Shown here: one piece after another, positions 53,056-64,000 of the stretch
How the letters are laid out: each line of letters begins with the position of its first letter
Numbering within the stretch: position 1 is the stretch's first letter
DNA from: Octopus sinensis
Lineage: Eukaryota
Reading direction: 5' to 3'
Length of the DNA: 64,000 nt
NCBI RefSeq assembly: GCF_006345805.1
Contig: NC_043001.1
Span: 91,326,001 to 91,390,000, forward strand
Translations under genes and position numbers: made by a program
The notes under the pieces: model-generated
Databases searched by the model: none
Told to the model about the DNA's origin: nothing
What the model saw: only the letters and a program-made list of their open reading frames with translations

Positions 53056-53399
53056 AACTTCCTTGGAAATAGATAATAGATGATGACATGAAGAGCATCT
53101 GATGAGAGAAAATCTGCTTCAGCGAACTCTGTCCAAGCCATACAAGCATGAAAGAGTGGAGGTGTGGAGGTTAAAATGATGATGATGATATTTAATATTT
53201 GTTTTTATGTGAAGTTTTATATAAATACAATCTACAAAGAAGCTTACACAGTACTTTTTATTAGAGTACACACTAATTTTTACAAGGAAAAGTTGACAGT
53301 GACTTTGAAGTTTTAGCTTGCTCACAGTCATCAGACTGTCTGAGGACAGTGAGAAATCTAAAACGTCAAAGTCACTGTCAATCTTTTCCAATTAAAAAT

Positions 53400-53790
53400 T
53401 AGGCTGTGTGGTAAGAAGCTTACTTCCCAATCACATGGTTTCAGGTTCAGTCCCACTGTGTGGCACTATGAGTAAGTGTCTTCTACTATATCCTTGAGCT
53501 GTGAGTGGATTTGGTAGACAGAAACTGAAAGAAGCTTGTCGTATATATATATATATATATATATTCATGTGTGTGTTTCTGTGTCCACCCCCACCCCCCA
53601 TCGCTTGACAACTGATACTGGTGTGTTAACATCCCCATAACTTAGCTGTTTGGCAAAACAGACTGATAGAATAAGTACCAGGCTTACAAAGAATAAGTCC
53701 TGGGGTTGATTTCTTCGACTAAAACCCTTCAAGGTGGTGCTCCAGCACGGCCACAGTTAAATGACTGCAACATGTAAAAGAATAAAAGAA
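53400..53790 (+). mobile_element. SINE family B copy
   Basis: Family B motifs. Abuts the 5' end of the mariner. Confidence 0.8.
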
Positions 53791-55051
53791 TATCCCTTGA
53801 GCATTTAGATTATTTTGTAAAAAGTAATGCTTATTTATTCAAATTGGTTTGAATTAATCATGCATTATCTCCCTTCTCTAGATTTCAATGACAGTATATT
53901 TTTAGAAAGACATTGCATAACTGCAGTGAGAAGCTGAATTAAAATGGAATGTCAAGTTAAGAAAAACGAGCATTTTTGACACCTCCTTTTTGCTTTTAAT
54001 CAAGGTTCTAAGGCCGCAAAAGCTACTCATTACATTTGTTCTGTGTATGGACAGGGTGCCATAGCTGAAAGAACCGCTCGTGATTGGTATGCCAAGTTCA
54101 AAAATGGAAATTTTGACCTCAAAGACGCAACTTGTTCTGGTCATCCAGTTGGGTTCGATGAAGAGTGATCAAACCAACTTATGCATAAAATTTCTCATCA
54201 AATGACAAGGGAACTGGCTGAGAAAATGGAATGCTCCCACACTGCTATAGAGAAGCGTCTTCACTCGATGGGAAAGGTTCAGAAGTATGGAGTATGGGTT
54301 CCGCATGCTTTAGATGACAATAACAAAATTCAATCTCTGCTGGTTTGCTTGCTTGTTACCACTCAACTCATGGACACAAGCAACGATTTCTTTACTGAAT
54401 CACTACAGGTGATGAAAAATGGTGCCTGTACATCTATATGAAGCAGTGTAAGGAATGGCTTAGCCCCGGTAAACAAGCGACACCACTCGTGAAACAAGAT
54501 CTTCATCTGCGTAAAACAATGTTGTACGTGTGGTGGGACTGGGAAGGGATTATCCATTATGAATTGCTTGAATGTAACCAAATATTCACTGTGGAACTCT
54601 ATTTTCAGCAGATGGAATGACTCAACACGGCTATTCAAGAGAAAAGACCTAATCAGCAGCATGGAGTTCTTCTGCTGCACAACAACGCCCTTCCTCATAT
54701 TGCCAATATGTCCAACGAAGCCATCCAAACACATGGCTGGGAAGTGCTGCCACACCCGCTTACTCCCCGATTTGACACCAACAGATTTCCACCTCTTTTG
54801 ATCTCTTTCAAATGCTATGTGTGGAGTTTCATCCAATACTGATGCAGAATTGAGAGCTTGGTTGGATCAATTTTTCAAGTCGAAATCGGGTGATTTCTAC
54901 CAATGAGGTATTGAAAATCTTGTTGAATGTTGGGAAGAAGTTGTAAACAACAAGGGTGAATACATTATTAATTAATTAGTCGTTATTTTTTATTAAAACT
55001 TTTTAAAAATTTAAATTTAAAAAAATGGCGGGAACTTAGTTGCCAACCCAA
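53790..55051 (+). mobile_element. Near-full-length decayed mariner (DD34D) in an ANKS3 intron
   Basis: ATG at 53944. Broken transposase MECQVKKNEHF*HLL...WYAKFKNGNFDLKD...GVWVPHAL...ITGDEKW...WWDWEGIIHYELL...PDLTPTDFHLF. Right TIR ends at 55051 followed by TA. Left TIR not found. Confidence 0.92.
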
Positions 55052-55396
55052 TACTTCAATTACTGCTTCCGATTTGCTTGGCAGATGGTTAGACAGTCAT
55101 TTAAAGATGTTTTTGTTGAATTAAATTTGTTGAAAAAAGCTGCAATAATTATGCACCAACCCAATATATATATATATAGGTTATAAGAGGTCATGGTGTC
55201 ATTGAGACCCAAAGGTGTCAGGTAATGCTGAATAAGTGCTATAGGCAGACTATAGTTAAGTTTCAGGTTCGGTAATTTTGCAAATAAGGGATTCAACGTT
55301 GATCATATGCCAGCGTATGTATATAAGAATTTTTTGTGTAATGAGATAAAAAAAAAGCCAAGGCTGTGTAGATATTAGAACATTTAGAGATATAAG

Positions 55397-55448
55397 GTCT
55401 TACAGCTGTTTCCAGGATATTTATTTATTATATCCCTTCATCGGAAAC
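55397..55448 (-). ncRNA. Hammerhead ribozyme motif in an ANKS3 intron, sense orientation (U4 to C variant)
   Basis: Minus strand GUUU-CCGAUGA-A-GGGAUAU(aauaaauaa)AUAUCCU-G-GAAAC-AGCU-GUA-AGAC. Stems I, II and III pair, with a palindromic AGCU loop and a GUA triplet. Confidence 0.65.
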
Positions 55449-55705
55449 GGTGTGAGAGGATGGTTAAGTAATACTTAATTTAGATAGGATACAAAATAGA
55501 GAGTGTGGTGGAGGAAAGAAAATAGATGTGAAATATGTACGGACATTGAAGTTCTAGATCCATTTTTAGGCAGAATGGTATATATGTAAGATTCCAATAC
55601 CTTATGACTAAAATCTAACATTTCAAATTCTGTTGGATTCTATCTTCAACAGTTGTCTCCCTTATAAAAAAAGAGAAAAGGGAAAGAGATTGGGCTGTTT
55701 CTTAC

Positions 55706-55847
55706 TTGATGAAGTTGAATAGCCATTTCCTGCATTTCTGCTTCAAGACGATCTGCATAAGCACGTTCCAACTCATCACAGGGTGTTCGCACATTACTAT
55801 GCCAACGAGCAATGGCACTCGCCATCTTCCTCCGAGGACCGAACAAC
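55706..55847 (-). CDS. ANKS3: ANKS3 exon (142 nt, phase 2-0): end of SAM, LFGPRRKMASAIARWHSNVRTPCDELERAYADRLEAEMQEMAIQLHQ
   Basis: aAG acceptor, GTaaga donor. The sequence closely matches the ANKS3-specific SAM helix 5 and the following YADRLEAEMQE motif. Confidence 0.95.
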
Positions 55848-56029
55848 CTTTATATGACAAAGAAGTAAAAAATTGAATAATAAAGACAATCCGAAAAATA
55901 GTTACAAGAGTGCATGAGTGCATATGTGTGAAAATGTAGAAGCAGTAGAGTGCCACACTAAATTCTTGGCAGTATGGATGCATTCATACACATGCACACA
56001 CATATACACAAATACACACACATAATATA

Positions 56030-56430
56030 TTTCTTTATTGCCCACAAGGGGCTAAACATAGAGGAGACAAACAAGGACAGACAAAGGGATTAAGTCGATT
56101 ACATCGACCCCAGTGCGTAACTGGTACTTTATTTATCGACCCCGAAAATATGAAAGGCAAAGTCGACCTCGGCAGAATTTGAACTCAGAACGTAACAGCA
56201 GATGAAATACCTATTTCTTTACTACCTACAAGGGGCTAAACACAGAGAGGACAAAGGGATTAAGTTGATCATATCGACCCCAGTGCGTAACTGGTACTTA
56301 TTTAATCGACCCCGAAAGGATGATAGGCAAAGTTGACCTCGGCGGAATTTGAACACAGAACGTAACGGCAGACGAAATACTGCTAAGCATTTCGCCCAGA
56401 GTGCTAACGTTTCTGCCAGCTCACCGCCTT
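56030..56430 (-). mobile_element. Two SINE family A copies (ANKS3 intron)
   Basis: Tandem head-to-tail copies. Confidence 0.85.
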
Positions 56431-56469
56431 CACACACACAGTGTATATAGGTATGTATGTGCATATCTT

Positions 56470-56680
56470 TGTGTTTGACCCCAATTGCTGAATAACTGGC
56501 ATTGGTTTGTTTATGTCCCTGTAATGTAGCAATCTAGCAACAAAAGACTAATAGAATAAGTGCCAGGTATTGGAGAAATAAAAGAACAGAGGCTGATTTG
56601 ATAGACTAAACACTTCAAGGTGGTGCTCCAGCATGACCACAGCCCAATGACAGAAACAAGTAAAAGAATAAAAGTATGCA
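56470..56680 (+). mobile_element. SINE family B 3' half, next to the SAM-exon donor
   Basis: Tail gacagaaacaagtaaaagaataaaag ends about 20 nt from the donor. Confidence 0.7.
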
Positions 56681-56698
56681 TGAAGGGAGGATACTTAC

Positions 56699-57869
56699 TT
56701 AATGCCAATTTCTTTAAGGTCGTTGTCTGTGAGGGAAAGAAAAACTTGCAGGTCAACATCTTGTTCTTCAAATACAGGTAAATATTTTAAGAGTCCAAGC
56801 TGTTGCAAAAGTTCAACAAGGGTTTGAGGTTTATCTGAAGGTATATCAGATGGGGTCACTGAAATAGGTAGATTGGGTGAATCTACAGGGTTTACATTTC
56901 TAGTCTGTAGAGTGGCAGGGGGACAATTTGGATTATTTTGCATGTCATCTGTAAAGAGACTGTCATTATTGTTGTTGTTGTTGCTACTGTGAGATGGCAG
57001 CCATTGTTGTGAAAACGAATCTAATTTATCACCAAAATATAATTCCCTCACTACATTACTTTCACTCACAGCAGGAAAGTTTGTTGGTGGAGCAACCCCA
57101 CCTAAGTTGGCAGATAAAAAGTGTAGATGGTTTTGATCAAGTTTATCAGAGGGAAAATCTGATTCATTTTGTGATGGCGATCTGTGCATAAGAAATTGAC
57201 CTGCTGTATTATTATCATGTTGAATCACAGGGAAATTTGCATATTGTCCAGCAAGGTTTGATGTTCTAGTGTATGGATCAACTATTAAATCCGAGGGACA
57301 AATTGATAGAGGAGAACCGATACAAGAATCCAGATTCTGTGACATTTGTTCCTTGCCAGGAAAGGATTTCATTTCATTGTTTTCAGGCTGATGTGGAGTA
57401 AAATGTCTTTTGGCGCTGTCACTTTGGATTTTATATTGAGTATCCAAATAAAACAGATTCCTATCATGATTTGAGTTAAGAACTGAATCACCAGATATTG
57501 TACCCCAAGTCAAACGGCAAGGATCAGAAGAATAACCTCGGTTTAGCTGGTTGTTTGAAGAACTTATCTCTAGATGTGCAAGACCAAGTGCATCATCTCT
57601 AGGTACCTCCAACATCTCTTTTGGAATCACAGAGGGCTGAGATAGGGTTTGATGGGCTCGTTCTTTTGAGAGCTTACCAGATACATACTCATGTTTTGGC
57701 AAAAGACTCTTGGGAAATGATGAACTTACAATATCATCACTGTCTGAGCTATTACTATGACTAAGTTGCAAAGCTGCAGCAAGACCACCACTGGAGCCTG
57801 AACTACTTTTGATAGTCAAAGCCCCAGTCTGAGAAAACACTGTACTTTCATCTTCATTATCACAAGAAT
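56699..57869 (-). CDS. ANKS3: ANKS3 large exon (1171 nt, phase 1-2): S/N/P-rich disordered region plus N-terminal part of the SAM domain
   Basis: Lies in the 398-aa ORF 56695-57891. tttcAG acceptor at 57870-57871, GTaagt donor at 56698. Ends in the SAM signature [41 protein letters not shown]. Confidence 0.93.
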
Positions 57870-59645
57870 CTGAAACAAGAAACAAAGACATGATTTCAGT
57901 ATCATATTAACAAGAGAGACTGTTTAACTGTTTAACATTCCTGTAATGATGTTAATTATCCACCAAAACATAGAACTGGTATTTTCTGTGAGTCACATTG
58001 TCTCATAGTAAATAAGAAAGATAATATCTAGCGTTATACATTGATACAGAACATAGCTGTGGGGTAAAACCACTTTCCATAATTACTGGTAATATAAATT
58101 TAAAGGGTAAATGTATTAAAATCATTAGACAATTATGAGTTATAGAGGGCCCAAAATCCCTAATGAAATTTCTAACTATATTTTAGATGACTCATTTATC
58201 ATTAAAAATTAAATAAAGATGTCTTTTAAGTAAGTCCTGAAGAATTTTTTGGTATTGATATTCACCTGAATTTTCATAACAAAATGAAGGTAATAAAAAG
58301 ATTTTTCTCTTTAATAGGATGTTGGCTTAGCTCAAATGAAATTGGAACCAGATGGTCTGGTACCCCTTACTAACAGCAAGGTGGATTTGGATGATGCAGA
58401 ATTAAGTGTTATGTCTAAAACATATAATGAAATCTGCAATAGTTTTTAAACTTTCTGTTGGCTGTCAATACCTTATAAACTTGTCTTTGAGATATGAAGT
58501 TGAAGAATTAATATATTGATTCTTCTGTATCCTCCACAATATAACACTTTGTTGTGCACCAGGCTCCATCGTCTTCTTTGGCATAGTTTCTATGGCTAGG
58601 TGCCCTTCTTAATACCAATCACTTTACAAAATGTACTTGGTGCATTTCATGTGGTACCAGGAGCAGTGAGGTCACCAAACAAACAAGACCCTTCAGCTGA
58701 AGGGTGAGTGGTATTAATGGAGCTGAGTTTGTGCCAGGTGATGAGAGGTCAGAGTATGAATAGAGGGACGGAAATAGGTGTCTTGCAGTAAAGGGGATAC
58801 CTGCTTACTTCAGCTGGACAAAGAAAAGAAAGAAGGAGAGGAAGAGAGAGAGAGACAGGAGGGGAGAAAGGGGTGGGAGAGAGAGAAGGAGGAGAGCAAG
58901 AAGATGATGATGTGACAAGGAGGTACATTCAAAATACAGGGAGGTGTGTACATTCAAAATACAAGGAAGTGTGTATAAGGGCTGGAGAGGGTGAGTTGAT
59001 GGGTGGGTTAGTTTGTGAGATTGAGTATAGTAGTGGAAATCAGCTGTCTAGCGGATGTTAACATGAAGCTAAAGAAAATAGCTACACTGAAATATTGAGA
59101 AATCTACAGTTACTCTACTCAGATTACAAGTTCAGGTTTATACTTGGAGTTATTGGGGTACTGGGATATGTAACGCACAGCCTAGGTACTAATTTTGAGA
59201 AATTAGGCTTCTCAAAAACAAGAAAGGAGAAAGCTGATTCAGAGACTACATAACCAAGCCGTCACTGGAACTGTAGAAATTTGTAAAACTTTCCAGAAGT
59301 TTACCATTTAAGTATATATGCGCATGTTTAAACATGCATGTGAGGGGTATTTGGAGGATATGTTCTGGGGAAGAAATTTGAAAGGAACACATTGATGATG
59401 ATATGATGATAAGATGATAATGATGATGGTGATGAAGACAACAACATTTTCCCATGACATACTATATTGTATTTTTGCACTTACATCCTCTAGTGAATAC
59501 AAGCATGAATACCAACAAAAAACGACTACAAAATTCGAAGGTTTTTAGCCCAAAGTACCTTGGATCACAGGACGGCCTGTGGTGCTTACCTTGGATCGTG
59601 GGGCAATCTGCTGTGCTTGAGGAGACCTATTTATTGAGTTAAGTA

Positions 59646-60393
59646 CATCATCATCATCATCGTTTAACGTCCGTTCTCCATGCTAGCATGGGTTGGACGG
59701 TTCGACCGGGGATCTGGGAAGCCAGAAGGCTGCACCAGGCTCCAGTCTTACCTGGCAATGTTTCTACAGCTGGATGCCCTTCCTAACGCCAACCACTCCG
59801 TGAGTGTAGTGAGTGCTTTTTACGTGCCACCTGCACAGGTGCCAGGTGAGGCTGGCAACGGCCACGGTCGGATTGGTGTATTTTATGTGCCACCGGCACG
59901 GAAGCCAGTCGAGGCGGCGCTAGCATCGGCCACGAGTCGGATAGTGCTTTTTACGTACCACCAGACCAGGGATCCTGGCTGGTTCAATTCGATTTCGATT
60001 TCGCTTGCCCCAACATGTCTTCGCAATCAGCATCAAAATAAAAATCAAATGGAATTGTAGTTGTGATTCCCGTACCAGTGGCACGTAAAAAGCACCATCT
60101 GAATGTGGCCGATGCCAGTGCCGCCTTGGCTGGCTTCCGTGCCGGTGTCATGTAAAAAGCACCAACCAATCATGGCCATTGCCAGCCTCCTCTGGCCCCA
60201 GTGCCGGGGGCATGTAAAAAGCATCCACTACACTCACAGAGTGGTTGGCGTTAGGAAGGGCATCCAGCTGTAGAAACACTGTCAGATCGGACTGGAGCCT
60301 GGTGCAGCCTCCTGGCTTTCCAGACCCTGGTCAAACCATTCAACCCATGCTAGCATGGAAAACAGACGTTAAATGATGATGATGATGATGATG
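59646..60393. mobile_element. Inverted pair of family D repeats forming a foldback of about 750 bp
   Basis: Arms at about 59646-59960 and 60075-60393 are reverse complements, both ending in (GAT)n tails. Confidence 0.88.
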
Positions 60394-60446
60394 ATTAACC
60401 ACTATAAGATGACAACAACAAGAAGAATGACACCGAAATAAATTAC

Positions 60447-60575
60447 CTTTTCCTCCAGAACTATCTAGATTATGGTCTTGTGGGTTGATAGGTGATGTGA
60501 CATCTCTGTATCGCAAATAGGTTTCTTCTTCATTGCTTCTAGGAAAGGTTACATAACCTTCTGGAACAGAAGTGG
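60447..60575 (-). CDS. ANKS3: ANKS3 exon (129 nt, phase 1-1): TSVPEGYVTFPRSNEEETYLRYRDVTSPINPQDHNLDSSGGK
   Basis: ttccAG acceptor, GTaatt donor. GYVTF and RDVTSPIN match motifs recalled from the ANKS3 linker. Phase is consistent with both neighbours. Confidence 0.88.
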
Positions 60576-61354
60576 CTGGAAAGATCAACAAGAGATACAA
60601 ATTAACACTTACAATTTTACCATTTCTCTCTTTGTTTGTCTCTCTCTCTCTATCTCTTTCTTTCTTCTTTTTTCTTCCTTCCTTCCTTCCTTCATGGTTG
60701 TGTGGTTAATAAGCTTGCTTCAGAACCATGTGATTAGGGGTTTGGTCCCACAACATGAATATTGTTCACTAACATCCTACATTACACTACAGCTTGACCA
60801 ATACCTTCTGAATGGAACTGGTTCATCAAGACGGAAGAAGCCTGTTGTGTGTTATATATATATATATATATATATACAAATTGAAATAGGGGTTGTAAAT
60901 GCAACCCTCCATGGGATAACATATATCCAATATACTGCTAGTGAAGTACCCAACAAAGTTAATACATAAATGTTAATGATTGTGATGCAATCAATTCATT
61001 TACTGTATTATATGGGCAAAGGTAAAATGATTTACCACAAATTACTAATACAAGATAAGAAAATGGAGAAATACATCTAAATCAAATATCAATTACCAGA
61101 TAATACTCAATCACATACTTTATTAAACCACCACATAAGAGACCCAACCCTACAGTCTCTTACGTGGTGGTTTGATAAAGTATGTGATTGAGTATTATCT
61201 GGTAATTGATATTTGATTTAGATGTATTTCTCCATTTTCTTATCTTGTATATATATATATATGTGGTAATTTATTGAAGCTGAAAAGACTTCACAAAATG
61301 TTACTTAGATCATCAGACATTCATGAGTATTTAGACCAATACACACACACACAC

Positions 61355-61395
<41 letters not shown>

Positions 61396-61582
61396 CATGC
61401 CTTAGTGAAGGCGGAGGTACTGTTTTCAATTGTGTTTGTTTGTTTGTCTGTCCATGAACAAGATATCTCAAGAACCACATAGTGGGATTAAGAAGTGTAT
61501 TTCACACTCATGTGGTACCGAGTTTGATATCATAACATGATACCAAAGTCAGTAATAATATATAATAAATGTAAGAACTTAC

Positions 61583-61711
61583 TTGGGAAGGTTGGCACTT
61601 CACATTTCCTTATTTGGTCAGGCAGTCGACCATAATTCTGTACATCACACTTCCTTGACTGCTCAATGATGCGTGCAAAAGCATCAGGCCCATCTCGTAT
61701 ATTAGGGGAAG
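61583..61711 (-). CDS. ANKS3: ANKS3 exon (129 nt, phase 1-1): SPNIRDGPDAFARIIEQSRKCDVQNYGRLPDQIRKCEVPTFP
   Basis: ttcAG acceptor, GTaagt donor, open frame. IRDGPDAFARI resembles the conserved post-ankyrin motif of vertebrate ANKS3 (recalled as IHEGPRALARI). Phase joins the next exon. Confidence 0.85.
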
Positions 61712-61924
61712 CTGAAGTAGTATAAAATAGAATACAAACACTCTGTTAGAACAAAAACATGATTAAAAATGTTTGTCAAATCAAATAGTTAACAAGAAAA
61801 TACAAAATAAATTTTTTTAAATATATTAAGATTTAATGAAGTAAAAAATCATTATTATGATTATTATTGTTATTTGTGTCTATTATAGAAAAGGTTCTTG
61901 TATGTTATTATTATCATGAGGGTA

Positions 61925-62135
61925 GTGAGTGGGCAGAATTGTTAGTCGGCTGCACAAAATGCTTAGAGGCATTTTGCCTGTCTTTACACTCTGAGTTCAA
62001 ATCTCACTGAAGGCGACTTTGGTTTTCATCCTTTTGGTGTTACTGAATTAGTATCAGTTGAGTAACTGGGGTCAATGTAATCAACTAGCCCCCTCCCACA
62101 AAATTTCAGGCCTTGTGCCTATAATAGAAAGGATC
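61925..62135 (+). mobile_element. SINE family A degenerate copy
   Basis: Shared core. Confidence 0.75.
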
Positions 62136-62734
62136 ATCATCATCATTATTATGATTATTATTATTATTTTATAAATCAACACTTATTATTATTAACACTG
62201 TTAAATCATCAAAGACCAAGCCTCTTGTTTTGTTTTGTTTTTTTTTTTAATTTTTGTTTCACCATTTAGCAAGGAGGGAAGTCAGTGCCCCATGGCTCAT
62301 TACAGGACCTCCAAAAATAATTGGATGGAGGAGGGCAGTTACTCTAGAACTGAAAGTTTGACCTGAATACTTGCAACATCGTGGACTCTGCTAACAGCAT
62401 TCAAGGTGCCAGGTGGTGTGTTAAATTGGATGATGGATTAAACCTTTCATTACCTTATTTTCTTTGAAATACAATGTCCTCGTTTTAATTAATTTCAGAA
62501 ATACATAAGAATTTAGTAAAAGAACTGTCATTATTAAGATGGTGAATGCTACATAATTTAACATGAAATTTTCATGGGAGATCTTAATTTAGATCACTTT
62601 TTATAAATTACATATCCAATATAGGTAGAATCAATAAAATGAGTACTCCATCCTGTGAGATAAATATCAATTTAATACACAACCAAAAGAGCTACAAATA
62701 GTTTCATGCTTTTATGATACTATATATTAAATGT

Positions 62735-63045
62735 GGAGGCACAATGGTCCAGTGGTTAGGGCAGCGGACTCGTGGTCGTAGGATCGCAGTTTCGATTCCC
62801 AGACTGAGCATTGTGAGTGTTTATTGAGCAAAAACACCTAAAGATCCATGAGGCTTTGGCAGGGGGTGGTAGCAATCCCTGCTGTACTCTTTCGCCACAA
62901 CTTTCTCTCACTCTTTCTTCTGTTGACCTGCTTGCTTAGCCAGCAGGGTGGCGTCATTTGAAGGCTAAAACAATGCGAAGCGCATTGTGACCAGCGATGT
63001 GTAGCAACATCTGATAGCCTGGTCGGTCACAGTGATCACAGTGAT
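62735..63045 (+). mobile_element. SINE family C full-length copy
   Basis: Head and tail present. Confidence 0.82.
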
Positions 63046-63190
63046 ATATTAAATGTCAGAATATGAGGATTGCATTGCAAGTGAAAGGTATCAAGCATTT
63101 CAATCAGTAAACTTCATTAGGAATCTAAATTCCAGTAGAAAGAAACTACATGAAAAGATAACACAAACCTCTTGATTCCTTGGTACGTAC

Positions 63191-63249
63191 GCCCCAATTG
63201 ATAGGATGTCGAGGAAGTTGTGGTGCTGCTAGAAGTCGGGCAGGGTCTT
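63191..63249 (-). CDS. ANKS3: Candidate ANKS3 internal micro-exon (59 nt), likely (x)RPCPTSSSTTTSSTSYQLG(P)
   Basis: Acceptor ttgctttccAG at 63250-63251 and donor GTacgt at 63190. The phase 2 to phase 1 frame is open and matches the phase-1 start of the next exon. No strong homology, so frame and donor are uncertain. Confidence 0.5.
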
Positions 63250-63290
63250 CTGGAAAGCAATTACAGTGATGTATTAATAATATTTTATAA

Positions 63291-63870
63291 CTAGTGTACC
63301 CATGCCATCAGAAATGATGGCATAAAAATGATATAGATAATAAAATTAAAATAAAAACATTACAACCTCTATCTCAGTAATTGCTTCAACACCACATTTC
63401 TAGTGTAAACCCTATCAGCAATGTGTTCACCTTGTTTCAGATGATCCATTTCAGTATTTATTAATTCTTCCCTTCTTTTCCTCGATGTTCTCTCTCTTTC
63501 GATTGCTCTCCTTTATACTGCTTCCTCTTACATTTCATTTTGTCGCCTTTGTGATGCTCTCATTCTTAGATATCCTCTCCTCACTGCTGCTTGCTCTTCT
63601 CTTTCATCTTGGTGCTTTTGTGCTGCTCTCTCTTTTTGGATATCTCTCCTTTGTGCAATTAGGTACTCCTTTTCATTTTGACGTCTTCAAGCCTGTCTTG
63701 AGTCTTGCACTTGTCCCACTTCTTGTGATTGATTTAATAACCTTAATATATTGTTTAATATTCTTGCGTCCAGTTTTTCCTGAGTGAGACTGGCTGTTCT
63801 TCACCTTTGTCTCTCTCTGGCTAACCATTGTCTTCTGTCTGATTCATTCTACATGGCAGGTGGATGAGTA
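63291..63870 (-). mobile_element. Helitron remnant with intact 3' terminus
   Basis: Minus strand: perfect 9-bp hairpin ATGCCATCA-TTTC-TGATGGCAT (63302-63323), 7 nt, then CTAG|T at 63291. The upstream AG-rich segment translates to decayed R/E/Q-rich repeats like Helitron N-termini. 5' boundary uncertain. Confidence 0.6.
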
Positions 63871-64000
63871 TATTTAATACAACGGAACACAAACTTCAAA
63901 ACAAATGAGTATATTTGTGTGTGTGTGTGTGTGTGTGTATGTTAGTTTGTTTATATTTCTATACATAACCATACAAAGTCCAAAATTACACAGGATTACA

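Noticed and set aside
58318-58449. Plus-strand 43-codon frame after a good acceptor (DVGLAQMKLEPDGLVPLTNSK...), a possible nested antisense exon
   Set aside because: No recognisable homology and no partner exons found. Expected by chance at this length.
63485-63787. 100-aa hydrophobic ORF resembling a membrane protein
   Set aside because: It is the antisense reading of an AG-rich decayed repeat (probable Helitron remnant). No splice or start context.

Overview
AT-rich, microsatellite- and SINE-saturated animal genomic DNA, most likely from an octopus (coleoid cephalopod). The taxon call is an inference from the tRNA-headed SINE families and repeat landscape, not a database result. One host gene is supported: the 3' part of an ANKS3 orthologue on the minus strand, with seven exons between 63249 and 50728 encoding the linker, SAM domain and C-terminal coiled-coil region. 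Its ankyrin-repeat exons must lie beyond the right edge of the window. The rest is transposon-derived: three or four SINE-like families, mariner DD34D and maT DD37D remnants, a piggyBac derivative, a solo LTR, R4/Dong-, HERO-, CR1- and RTE-type LINE fragments, non-autonomous Helitrons, and 8-bp-TSD MITEs carrying telomere-like repeats. There is one 100-N scaffold gap. Main unannotated signals: (1) at least four sequence-unrelated minimal hammerhead ribozyme motifs of the Penelope-like-element type, one nearly intact and embedded in a 107-bp inverted repeat (42241-42326), and one in sense orientation inside an ANKS3 intron; (2) a head-to-tail Helitron dimer with an exact CTAG|TC junction, in which the second copy preserves the empty sites of two insertions nested in the first; (3) GGATC-ended MITEs carrying CCCTAA tracts; (4) strong inverted-repeat dsRNA structures next to ANKS3 exons. 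All alignments and folds were done by eye. SINE and LINE boundaries are approximate.
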